Assembly (NCBI GenBank): GCA_009103225.1
Contig: RHPI01003079.1
Span: 110,808 to 174,807, forward strand
Direction: 5' to 3'
Length of the DNA stretch: 64,000 nucleotides
From: Chlorokybus atmophyticus
Taxonomy: Eukaryota; Plantae; Mesostigma and Chlorokybus algae
This document shows, one piece after another, positions 25,041 through 37,400 of this stretch. Within the stretch, counting starts at the first letter, position 1; each line of letters starts with the position of its first letter. Under the pieces are notes generated by a model. The model made no database searches, had not been told where the DNA came from, and saw nothing but the letters and a program-made list of their open reading frames with translations. Both the position numbers and the translations under genes were made by a program.

Positions 25041-26299
25041 CCAAGCTTGATATCATTAATAACATCATTATCATACAAATGAGATAAATTTTAAGTGTAC
25101 ACATGAGATGTATATGCTGATAGTTATCACGTAATATGCTTATGTCAAGGTATGACATGCATGATCACTGCTTATGGGACACTGTTCCATGAATTTCCAT
25201 GCTGTCATTGAAGGCACTTGCAAAAGGCACCGGCATATAAAAGCATAAAATAATATTAAAGCTTAAACTTCCATCATTTTTGGGGAGCTTTCCTTCCCGA
25301 ACAAAAATAATAGAAAGTTCACGTCTAAACCCACGGAATGACCCAGGTCTACTGTCGAGCCAAAACAATTTCCCTCGCAAACCGTCACTGAGGCAGGTTA
25401 CAGCACGGCTGCCCGCACAACGTTTTCCAAAACCTCTGTTGTAAAAACAGAGTTTCCTCCTTTCGGAATCTCCCTGTCTTTGTTGGTATTGCCTTTCGCG
25501 TTGTTGCTGCAACTGTTACAATTTGCAGTTGACGATTTGTTGCATTTCGATGGCAAGAAAACACTAAGCATTTGGCGGGGCATTTGGCGCCAAATCGCGA
25601 GTGAACAACTGAGTTCAGTGAACCAAGCAATTCAGTGACCTAACCCACTGCAGCCAGCCGGGCGGGGTGGGCTACGACTAGGCTGCTTCTGTTGAGGAGA
25701 GGGCTAAACAAGAGCGTTGCATGTGGTTGTGGCCTTATGGTGGCCTGTTGGGGAGCGCTAATTGCTCTTGGTGGAGCTGGCCTGCACATGCAGCAGTAGG
25801 GAGCTTCTCATCTGCTCCATTGCCGCCGCCGCCTAACTTTGAGCTGCCATGCCGAACGAGGGTGCTCGCCAGCTCGAAGCACGCCCTGCTGCGCCGCCTT
25901 CGGTGCTGTATGCCGTCGCCGCCGTCGACGCCGACATAAACAAGGAGAATGACAGGTCAGCGATCGTTAAACCGCTACACCACGCATTGCACACAAGCAG
26001 TACATGTCTCGAAAACGAAATTGCACGTGCTGTGTAGGTCAACGGGTCACCGGTAATTCTAAGCCCCCCCGATTCCTGAATTTTCAGACTGTTTGGTCTG
26101 AATAGTCAACAAAAACAGGGGTGAATAGCATAGAATACGGCGTCCCTGGCTCCTGCATGTCGAGGTGAATGTTCCGACCGTTTGGTCTGAAAGGTGTTAA
26201 AGCCTGTTCAATAATAAAAAGTAATTGTCGGTGAATATCCCTGTGGCAATTAGATTGCACACTAGTCCTATATGTGGGGCATTTATTCACTTGCGATGG

Positions 26300-26630
26300 A
26301 GCTGTACATTCAACCTGTATGGTGTAGTGCTGTGACCATTACATGTATTACACCACTGAATATTCAAGCAGGAATCGTTTGAATACTTGTAGTTAGGCAA
26401 GACAGACTCTTGCAAACGCGTTGAACATTCACATGCAGGGTTCGTTTGAATACCTGTAGTATTCCATATGGCAGCTGCAACAGACTTGAATATGCACGCA
26501 AGGATTGTTTGAACACTTGCAGTCACCCAAAACTTTCACTTGCAGTAGAGTTGCATATTCACCCTGTTTGGTGTGGTGCCGCAACTGTACTACACCACTG
26601 AATATGCACGCATGTATTGTTTGATTACTC
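26300..26630 (+). repeat. Imperfect tandem array, about 65-bp unit TGAATAT.CACGCAGG..CGTTTGAATACTTGTAGT x4, within a ~250-bp duplication
   Basis: Copies near 26355, 26420, 26485, 26595; ATTCA.CCTGT.TGGTGT.GTGC repeated at ~26310 and ~26558. Confidence 0.7.
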
Positions 26631-26931
26631 ATAGTAATCTAGCCTGCACATTAAGTCCTACATGTGAGTAGTTATTCAATGGCAATGAAGCTGAACAATG
26701 GTAAGCTGCTGTTTTACGACCGTCAATGTTACTATGAATGTTCAAGTGATTTCGAGTAGAACAAGACCCATATATGCAGTGCTACTGATAATATTCACAG
26801 CAGTCCGTCCAGCCAGCCCAGCAATGTCAGCTGAATGGCAGCCGACTTACAACAACACATTCAATGCTGACTACAATGTATGTCTGCTACCCAGAGCTGC
26901 ACTTGCAGGTGGAAATCTCATGCGGCAATAT

Positions 26932-28985
26932 TTACTTCCTCCTGCTTCGCCCCCGACCACCCCGACCACCCCGACCACCCCGACCACCCCGACTCCCCTT
27001 CCCACGGCCTCTCCCCCGCGGTGTGGATGTGCCTTCCTTAGCTGGCAGCTCCCTCACCTTGATGGTCTTCATCAACCTAGTAGGCCAAAGTAGCAATAAA
27101 CCCCGCCTCGCACTCTTCACATGCATCAACCACACATGAATACGTCAGACGCAGTGTGTTGTCATAACGCACGCACAGTCAGCACGCAATCATTGTTCAC
27201 CTCTCAAGTGGGTCACTTGCACTCCAACCCCATCACGTTTGAAGCTGATTGGCAAAGGCACAACCTCTTCTTCCCCTGCACCAGGACGTCTGGTCCTAGT
27301 GATGTGAAGACTGCGGCTGAACTGAACCACCATGTTAGGTTCCTCTCCAATCTTCTTGCCATTAAACTTGTTGACGGGCTTGATGTCGCTTACATGCGCC
27401 TCCCCTACTGGCTCCTTGCGCCCATCGATGAACAACTTGGCTTCATCACCAACCTTCATCGTTGGTGCAGTGTCATCCTTGTCGCTCAGGTCTTCCTGCG
27501 CATGCAAGTGACAAACACATCAACTGGCAGACATATACAGATGCACTCTCCTATATAGCGCTTGCAAAAAAAACCTGCCTTTTGGGAGTCGTTGTCGCTG
27601 TCGTTGGGGCTGTTCGCATCGTCCTTGGCGCCATCTTCATCGTTGTCCTCGCTTTTATCTGTCTCGGATACTTCTGAATACGATGGCTCATCCTGTGCAA
27701 CCAGGTGGCACGCCGTGTTATCAAGCTTACAATTGATAGGCATGCATGCGAGTCTGCTGCAGTGACAGTTTTTCTGCAACCAGAAGGACCCAAGAAGCCT
27801 ATAAGCGCACATAGATGGTCCTTCATACCTCCTTTTGCTTGCCCCTCTTTTTATCCAACATCTTCTCCTGCTTGCCAGTCGAGGGGCCTGCCTCCTTAGA
27901 CTTGTAGGGAGCCGGAATTGAGCGAACAGTCTTTGCTTTCTTTTGGGGGCTTGACACCTCAGTCTCCTGCCAACAGCATACACGTCAGATTGTGAGCCAC
28001 AACGTAATGCTATGCCATTCGTTGTGGAGCAGAGTGGTGCATACATCACCAGACACTTTACGCTTCCCTTGCCCTCTGCCTTCCTTTCTTTCATGAGCTC
28101 CATGACATTCGCGGCGTCCTGTGTCTACATGTGGTGCGGTTTCTATTGCAAAAACTGATATGCTTGTTAGATACTTGCTCCAGTCATTGTTGCATACGTT
28201 GAGAGCTGAGCTGGTATCACGCACATCAGCATCCTATTTGGCAGGTGCCTGAACACAACAGTCATGAACGGTCATGATGACATGTACAGGAGAGTACAAG
28301 CATTTGGCTGCTCGTGTAATGATAACAGACATCTAACCTGTGAACCAGTAGCGGGTGACCTTGTGGGTTGTGGCGCAGTGCCTTCCTTGTTACCTATCGC
28401 ACGCACAAGGCACCGATCAGAACAGTGTATACACAGTACCTCCCGCAGCGGCCCGCGCGCGCAAAACATGGCTCACGCTGCGAGGTGACATTTCGGTCGT
28501 CGCTGGCGTTGCTGGCGGGAGGTGAACGCGTGGGCGCCGTGCATGCACAAGGGACTATCATACACACCTCACACCCTGCATACATAAGGCACCATCAAAC
28601 ACAAAGCGTTTCGTTCTCAACATAGTCATTTACCAAACTGTAGCTCACCCTGTGAGGTGGCATTCTCGGCGTCACTGGCAGAGTGGTGCAGCGAGGAGCT
28701 GTCTCTTGCCTTTCACTTGTCCTTGACCTGCAATTATGCACATGGCAAAGGCACTTAAGACATGCAAACATTGCACAGACAACTCAGTCACTGCATGGCA
28801 CACACCTTGTTGTTCTTGTCCCTGGGCGCTCCCTTGCGCTTTCGCTCAAACCCCCCTGCTTCAGCGCGCTCTATCATCTCCTTGTAACGTTCCCTACTCT
28901 TTTGTCTCTGCCTTTCTTTATGCTTGGCGTTGGTATATGCCTTTTTGTTGGTAAGAAAGTCCTGAATCATCGTTTTTGCCTGCAC
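26932..28985 (-). CDS. Multi-exon gene with a C-terminal Tnp1/En/Spm-like (TnpA-type) domain and RGG tail; probably transposon-derived
   Basis: Exon 27190-27500 VGEAHVSDIKPVNKFNGKKIG...VVPLP then exon LLLWPTRLMK fit the recalled consensus VAxGxV...HGxxL...LPxP...WP; acidic linker; (RGG)n before the stop at 26932. 5' exons and start uncertain. Confidence 0.5.
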
Positions 28986-29319
28986 CAGGCCCTATGACAA
29001 GCGCGGCATTGATAAAAAGTGTGGTGGTGCTGGTGGCAATGTCAGGACGCCTGGGGCTTAAAATAGCCTGGTAGGTTTTAAAGACGACAACATGCAGCCT
29101 TCCAGCTGCAACCTAGCGGAGTAAGCCTTTGTGTGCCGCTCAGTCTCTAGTTCAAAGCCGTGCACATGCACCCTTACCGCCGCTACAAGGTACATATACT
29201 GAGCGAGCTTCAGCATTATATATTAAACGATTGTTAAGCCTCTGCCAATGTTTGGTCTGGTGCATTTTTACTGCTCTTGCATGTATTGCCTTTCACCTCT
29301 CGCTTGTAAAAATAACTTT

Positions 29320-29362
29320 GTAAGAACAACTTTGTAAGAACAACTTTGTAAAAACAACTTTG
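29320..29362 (+). repeat. 14-bp tandem repeat AACTTTGTAAGAAC x3
   Basis: Directly visible. Confidence 0.85.
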
Positions 29363-29833
29363 ACTCACTACTTTGAGTTGTACAACCTTATTGCTGGATG
29401 ATGTTCAAATGGCGGGTAGGTCAAATTATAACAACACCTTACGATCACTTGTCTTTGCCCTTGGCGCAAATGACAACAAGCGCGTTGTTGAGTGGGCTGG
29501 TGCAATTGCAAACGTCGATGCAAGCATGTCTGCATGTCACTTAGCATGTTGTTTGTGAGTAGATGCCGCAACACAAAGGTGCAAAATGGATGGACCTTTT
29601 TGGTGGTTAGAAGGAAAAGGTAGATTAGTCATGACTTGCAAAATTACATTTATGTTCATGCATTGGATGGTGCTATAATAATGATGCCACTGCTTAGAGC
29701 TGTTACCGCAAGCCTTTCCGCGAGTTTGCTTTCTCTCTAATAAACGCTAGTGGAACTGATCTTGTGGTTCAATATTCGCATGTAGCCATATATGACTGTG
29801 TGTAGCCACGCACAAATCACATGCCAACCTAGC

Positions 29834-30331
29834 TGTAACAGTTGGGGCCCGACCACTAGGCTATGGTAGTAAAACACTACCATGAGTGAGGTCTGTCACA
29901 ATTTATCCCAATTCTTGACATTCCTCCCCAATTTAACCCATGAGTTCCTCATAATCCAATGAGGCACTAGCCTATGTCGAGGTGTTTGCGACCGTAGCAC
30001 AACCGGTTTGCCTGGGGCCTGTAGGATTCGGCCCACAAACGGTCCTGACCGACCGAACGGCCATTCTTACCACGCGACCTGCCATCGCGCCGCGACCGCT
30101 GACATCCTTAGGTTGAATTGGCTCGGCGCGCATGTCGTGATCCCGCTCCCAGCTTAGGGCAAGCCGCCCCAAATGTGTTTGCCTTGGATCCGCCTCAGTC
30201 CCCTACGGAAATTGAACCTGAGACGTCAAGCTCCGTTATCATTGTAACAATTGGGGCCCGACCACTAGGCTATGGTAGTAAAAGACACTACCATGAGTGA
30301 GGTCTGTCACAATTTATCCCAATTCGTGACA
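29834..30331 (-). mobile_element. TRIM (miniature non-coding LTR retroelement), 498 bp
   Basis: Near-identical direct repeats 29834-29920 and 30243-30331, both TG...CA; PPT AAATTGGGGAGGAA next to one LTR; decayed Met PBS TGATAACGGAGC next to the other; flanks CTAGC/TTAGC (4 of 5 TSD match). Confidence 0.85.
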
Positions 30332-31799
30332 TTAGCACACAACCGCTGCAATCCATGATGTCTGTCACGTTTAAAATGCAAGACACAATCACTCTCAAGC
30401 TGCTATGTTAACATCATGATTGTATTGGAGTTCAACTGCTTAGGTAGGTGCAGCGCCTAAGTTGTTTGCTATATCCTCAGTCCTTGAGCTCGTGTGCCTT
30501 CAGCATGATGAACTATACAAGGTACCGATAAGCAGCGTGGACAGAGCTGGTTAGTATGCATGCCAGCTACTATGGGTGACACGGCGTATATGGCTTTTCA
30601 AAGTGCCTGTAAAGCTTGTGTGGCCTGTGTTGCATAGAGAATCCAATGTCAGCGCATGATGGGCGACAAGGCGTTGATGGCTTTTCATCCCACCTATGGC
30701 CAAGTGGGAAGGCAATAGGGAGAAGTATAAAACGCTAGACCAGCATGGTGTTGTGGGATTTTGTTGAACTCAGCTTGGTGCTTACTTGCTGTGTGTTTGG
30801 GGTGATTGGCTTAAAGGGCCTTTCTTACCCTCTTGCGCGGGGTGTTTTTGGTGGTGCAGCTAGAGTTTGATTGTTTTCCGTGGGGTTGACGCCTGTGCGG
30901 AAGAAGAGGCGCCTCCACTTCCTGCTGTTGCTGGTGGTGTTGTTAGCGGTTATCTTTGACAACTTGTTGTTGTGGACAACCCCTTCCTAGCTGGTTCTGC
31001 CCTTGTGCATTGCCAAGTGTGCATGCATGTGTATGTCCCTTGCATGTTGTGAATGTGCATGGCCTATGTGCATGCACAATAGCCTTGCACACTTTTGTGC
31101 ACGTGTGGCTGCATCCTCCAGGGCACGCTGCATGCTCACGTATAGGATGAGCCTTTGCTAGCAAGCCGCTTCTATCAGGTGTTTTACACTGTGGTGATGA
31201 TAGTATTGCTCTGAGTGACCCGCCTTAAGCGGAGTGACTCGTGTGATCATCGCTTGGTTGTGGAAGCTCATGAGGACATGGAACATGCTGCCCTTTGTCC
31301 AAACGACCTGATAGCCGGGGCTGTGTGGCTATTGCATTAGTGCACCGACCGGTACTAAATGGTTTACATCACACTGAGGTGATGGTTGTGACACTATCCC
31401 TAGCACGTACATACACAATACAAACATCGCCGGCATTGGGAATGCGACAAAGCACTCTGCAACATTGCCGTTGCTGCCAGTTTGTACCGGTAGGCCTTAT
31501 TCCGTAATTCAGATCCTCACTATGCTCATGCTCAGTGCGCATCTTGAAACAGACAAATGACCTCCTGCGATATCAACTACTACATGCTCAATGGGCATAG
31601 GTCTACCCATGACGACTCCCTCTCACTCTGATAAAGGATGGACATAGACTTCTAGACAGCCCAATTGAGCTGCTTTTCTTGACTCAATTAAAGTCGGACG
31701 CGATGGTAGGCACAGATGGTGCACTAATGCTATGACTTGGACTGCAATAAAGGGTTCGAGTCCGTTTCATAGTCAGACTCAAAGTCAAAGGCTTCCTCG

Positions 31800-34070
31800 T
31801 CATCGTTCAGAGCAAACCTTGACGCTGTCACAACCAATGGAGAGGACTTTACAGGAGGCTTGGGCACAAGCAGCACAAACGCACCTGCACAGGCAAGAAC
31901 TCAGTGACAACAAGCAACACCAGGCATGACTTGGAGAATCTGTCTCAACTGCAATCGCACTGCTGTCAAACTGACCTGCGGCGATGATGAGGCCATACAC
32001 TGCGGTTCCAAGCTGGAAGCCAAAGATGGCTGTGACCAGGCCCCCAGCGAGCGGTCCAAGGGCGCCTCCCAGTGAGAAAAGGGACCCATACGCGCCCGAA
32101 ACGGCACTAATCAAGTCCTTATCCCCGTTGCCGCGATCCACGCAGTCTAGCATGAACGGCAGCACTGGCACCTGCCATGCCAAGGCACCATGCAAAGCTG
32201 AACATGGCAGCGGTGTATGTATGGTATGCATATGAGCTACAACAACCATGGAGAAGTGGCTTTCATACTTGTGCAGTGAAAGATGTGAGGGTGGATGTCT
32301 GGGTACTTACCACTGCCACAGACCCTCCCAGCCCAATAAAAAGCATGGCGAAGATGAGCACCTGCATGCAGGTGAGGATCAGCTGCTGCAGACCACAAGC
32401 GATTGCCGTGCAAGTTCACATATGGGAGTGAGAGTAGCCACCGCATGACAGACTCACCGCAACAGGTGGTGGTGTGCGCAGTGTAGAAAGCGCAATCCCC
32501 ACCATGCCTAAACATGACAGAAGCATGCCGAAAAAGATGACGCGCCTATCGTACATAATGGCAGTGGTCAGACAGCACGAATGCACTGCATCTTTGCTTT
32601 CGGAGTATGCACATTATCGCAACACGCAGATGTGCTCGCAACTTACCTTCTGTCCATGCGATCCGAAAGCTTGCCAGCTGGCAGCGACCCTGCTGCGTAC
32701 GCGACAGCTGCAACACCAAACACGAGGCCCACATACGCGGGCCGCAGCTCAAAATCATTCTTCAAGTGTGGAGGAAGCATGGCCTGTAGTGGCATACACA
32801 GTTGAGAAGAGAGTACGCACACTCACAAAATGGTGCCAAGAGGCCTCTGCAATGTCAGCCAAACCTGAAAGAAGCCAAAGTTAGCTGCTGTCAGGGTCAG
32901 AGCCGCACTGGCGGCAATCAAGGAGGGAGTCAGGAAGGATGTTAGCCTCTCACGGCTCAGGCTGGGTCTCCGGTTGATATCAGCGGTGCCTGGTTGGTCT
33001 GCTGGTAGGTAGCGTAGGGACACAGCTAGCAGCATCACCGGCATCACGCTGCACAATGTGTAAAGCATCGTGAATCCACCGATATCGTACACCAGCCCGC
33101 CTGCAGTTGAGATAGACATGCAAACACACCGGCTGGGCAATGCTAACAGTGGTGTGACATACACAACTGAACACACTCGCGAGCTCAGTCTATTAGAATC
33201 GTACCTAGCGGAGAGCCAAACATGAATCCTACTCCTAGCACAGTCTCAAGCACACCCATGGCCTGCAAAAACAACAAGAATTAATGCGCTGAAAGAGCAA
33301 ACCCGTACCCTGCGCATACTGTGTTTGTTACCTGACCCGTCTTGCTGACGTAAGTTGAAGCCAGCAACGACTTGATAGCAGTCTTGGTGGCTGCTGAACC
33401 TGCGCCCTGCAAAGAGGATAACACTCAAATTGTATAGCCTGATAAAAACTTACAATAAGCACGAGAACTCTTATAACTTGTGCCCAGGTAAGTGGTGCAT
33501 TAAGCACCTGCGCAACTGCGAGCGGGATGAAGCCAGTGACAAACATCCAATTCACGTTGGAGTAGAGCAGTGGCACCAGCCCAAAGAGAAGCGTAGCTGA
33601 GCAAAGAAGCAAAACGCCACCGCACAGCACAGCTCTCCTGCCATACCTGCATGCAAGCACATGACAATGACCACACGTGCATGGAACAAAGACAGGTTTA
33701 ATCCAATTCTATGCACACTAACCTGGCACACAGCAAACCACTGGGAGCCGATGTCACCATGACGGCAAAACCCGCAGCCGACAGCGCCGACGCCGTCAAC
33801 AATGGCGAAGCTTGCAACTCACCAGCCTTGCATGCACATTGAGGTGAACTTAACACACCCTTGGATGTTCTAGCACAGAGTCACAAGTACCACGCACGCA
33901 CGTACCTTGAGAGAGAAGAAAGGCGACATGACAGCTTCCATCGCCAGGACGAAGATCATTCCATAGCAGCACAGGACCCAAATCCTGTTACTAGTACTGG
34001 CAGTGGATGCAGAAGCACCCTCCATTTGCAAGACGTTGTCCTCTTCAACGTCCATGCTCACAGGCCTCAT
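31800..34070 (-). CDS. MFS transporter (SLC18B1-like), multi-exon
   Basis: IFVLAMEAVMSPFFSLK; YGRRAVLCGG (motif A); LQGAGSAATKTA; FMFGSPLG..GGLVYDIGGF; VGLVFGVAAVAYAAGSLPAGKLSDRMDRR; AVSGAYGSLFSLGGALGPLAGG. Confidence 0.85.
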
Positions 34071-34499
34071 ATTCGCAGCCCCCACCAACCTACCCCCTAC
34101 TCTCCGCCTCCTGGACGTGCTCCACTACCTTCCCGACAAGTGGTCAACATCATGCCATCAAAACATGCCTGCATAAAGCATGCCTGACAGCGCACCAAGC
34201 TGCCACTAATTTGCCAAAGCTTGCAACCACCAAACAAGAAAATGTACAAGTAAATGCAAATGAATGTGCAAGAAAACAAGTGCTCACAGCGCCGCCGCCG
34301 CCGCCGCCTACTACAACAAGGTGGACAACGCCGCCCCATCAACGGCAAGGGAAGGTTCAGCTAACACGAACTTCCACAGCATACAGCTTCCAGAGGAATT
34401 CGTCTTCCTTCCGTGGATTAGGGTACCCGACTAGGCTAGTTAGGACAAGCTTGTCTTCTATCCGTCTGTTATCCGTTGGGCTGGACAGCGACGGCGACG

Positions 34500-37400
34500 A
34501 TGGCGGCGGCGGTGGCAGGGCTGGGGGTTGGGGTAGGGGTGGGGCTGAGCAGCAGCTGCAGCATTCACCCACGCTCATTGCCGCGGAAGCAGCAGCAGAA
34601 GCCCAGCTTGGCCTCGGCTGGTTTGGTCAGGCGGGCGGCGGCGCTGCTGAGCAGCAGGAGGCGGCGGCAGCACAGCAGGCGGCGTCTGGATGCCAAGGCT
34701 TCTGGCAGAGCTACCGTCACATGCCAGGCCATTGCCGTTGAGTCCGGCACCACCGCCGCTAAAACTACCGTCGGCGTTCCCTGCGCCGACCTCACCATTG
34801 GCATTCCCAAGGTGTGTAGTACTTCCCAATTCACAAATCAACTGCAAGGGTTGAAACTTCACTATGGCATGCTGCTAGCAGTACTGTTTATTCATGAAGC
34901 AAGGTTTACTTATTCATGAAGCAAGAAGGTGCTTTAAGCACTGTAACTGGTTCTCAAGAACCTGCATGCACATAGAATTGATTGTTGGCAGCAAACTAGA
35001 TTTATACGACTCATGATGATTATTGTCATAGCGTACTAGTGACAGTATTGTTCTATTGCAGGAAATCTTTTCTGGTGAGAGGCGTGTTGCAGCAACGCCG
35101 GAGAGCATTCGCCGCCTGCGCAAGGAGGGCTTCCGTGTCGTGGTTGAATCAGATGCGGGAGCAGAGGCGTCCATCCGTGATGAGGACTTTGAGGCTGCTG
35201 GTGCAACGGTAGTGTCCGTGTTATGTGCATACACATGCTGGATGCATGGCTGTGTGTATGCTCTCAGTATGGTTGCTACATGCGGCATTGCTCAGGTCTA
35301 TGCAAGAAACACAACTTGTGTGCGCGCGTGTATGTGAACGTGTGTTTTCGAGGGGAGAGCATTCATGCATCGGTCCTGCAGGCACTGATAAGAAGAGAAT
35401 AAACTAGCACCTCATGCAGCCTGGTTGCGTTTGCTGATTCTGCACTGACGCAGGTCGTCCCAACAGCTGACGTGTGGAGAGAGGCAGATATTGTCTTGAA
35501 GGTAAGCACAGACTTCCAGCACCGCAGCACCGCAGCGCATGTGTGCATGCACTTTTGTGTTAGCTTTTGTCCATGCTGCTAGTATGTATGCCACCACCGC
35601 CAGTTGTGTCCTGCTATGGCTGTTTACTGGGGGTAGTCATGTTCTGTTGCTGGTGCAGGTTCGGGCTCCTCAGATGAACAATGAACTTGGTGTGCATGAG
35701 GCTGATCTGATGAGGAAGGATGGGACCATCATCTCCTTCCTTTGGCCAGCCCAGAACAAGGACCTTGTGGACAAGCTGCAACAAAATGGGGTACTGTTGG
35801 TGTTCCATGGTCAGCACCTACACCATTGCATGCGCTCTTGTCGTTGCCACAAAAATTATAATTACATTGATCTGTGATGACCTGAATTCTGTCGTGAGTG
35901 TGGTATGGTCTTGACTCTGCTATACATGCATGAAGTGAGCCTAAAGTAACCATGTTGATGCTGGCAGGTGACAGTGTTTGGCATGGACTGCATGCCACGT
36001 ACCCTCAGTCGTGCGCAAACGTTCGATGCGCTGACCTCGATGGCCGGCATTGCTGGGTGAGACACTGCTCGTGTGTTTGTTTAAGAGTGTTGTGTTGACT
36101 TGATGTGCGTGTTGTTAATTAGCTATGTGGTATACATATACGAATGTATCGTAATGCTGACTATCGCCTTGTATGCAGATACCGGGCGGTTGTGGAGGCG
36201 AGCAACTCTTTCGGAAGGTTCTTCGCAGGGCAGTTCACTGCAGCCGGCAAAGTGGACCCCGCCAAAGTGCTTGTCATCGGCGCGGGTGTCGCCGGCCTAG
36301 CCGCCATCCAGACAGCGAAGAACCTTGGAGCCATTGTACGCGCGTTCGATGTGCGCTCCAGTGTGAAAGAGCAAATCAAGTCTGTCGGCGCGGAGTTTCT
36401 TGAAGTGAAGCTTGAGGAGGAGGGCGAGGGCACCGGCGGCTATGCCAAGGAGATGTCCAAAGAGTTCATTGAAGCTGAGATGGCGCTATTTGCAGCCCAG
36501 GCTAAGGAGGTCGATATCATCATCACCACAGCTCTTATCCCAGGGCGACCCGCGCCCAAGCTGATTACAACGGACATGGTGGAGAGCATGAAGCAGGTGC
36601 GGTGGTATACCACAAAGGAGTTGAATCAGTGGTTGATGTGACATGAAGCTTACGTGTGTTTTTGTGCAGGGGTCTGTCATTGTTGATCTCGCTGCCGAGA
36701 ATGGAGGCAACTGTGAGGTCACCAGGCCGGGTGAGCTATACAACTACAACGGCGTGACAATCGTCGGCTATACGGATTTGCCCAGCCGCATGCCATTGCA
36801 GTCGAGCGTGCTTTACTCCAACAACATCAGCAAGTGCGTTGCAAGCTGTGTCAGTCACACGGCTGCTGTCTTTGGCGTCACGTTGTTGCTCACAGTCTGT
36901 GCCGCGCCAACAGGTACCTGCTCTCCATGTGTAAGGAGCAGAAGTGGAGAGTCGACTTGGAGGATGAAGCCGTGCGTGGTGCCGTTGTGTTGCTGGTAAG
37001 CGCATGCATAGATTGGTATAGAGTGGTCTCGTGTGAGTACGTAGTATGAGTATGCGGTGTATGCGGTGTCCAACATATGCTTGCTGTGGCTAGCTTGGCA
37101 AATTACGTTTGCACACATCACAAAGCCATCGTAAGCGAATGCCGTGTGTAGTGGCGGTTGGTCTTGTCACGCAATGTTGTTCTTTTTAGGACGGTCAGCT
37201 GCTCTGGCCTGCACCCCAGAAGGCGCCTCCTCCGCCTGCCGCCACCCCTGCAACTCCACCTCCTCCGTCAGCTGTCCCAGAGGAGCCAGAGGACCCGGCC
37301 GCCATCAGCTTCAGGACCACTCTCTCTAGGGCAGTTACAGTCACAGCTGGCATTGCCGCTGTCATTGGACTTGGAGCCATTGCCCCCGCCCGTTCGTTCA

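Noticed and set aside
26300-26630. Repeat array as a CRISPR
   Set aside because: Eukaryotic context, degenerate repeats, irregular spacing and no cas genes.
26060-29060. Possible TIR pair TAAGCCCC...TCCTGA around the TnpA-like gene
   Set aside because: Only 8+6 matching bases with a gap and no convincing TSD; may be chance.
29700-29753. ...CGCTAGTG as a CACTA right terminus
   Set aside because: No matching CACTAGCG left end found.
31740-31790. GGTTCGAGTCC B-box-like motif
   Set aside because: No cloverleaf or A-box at the right spacing; lies in the MFS 3' region.
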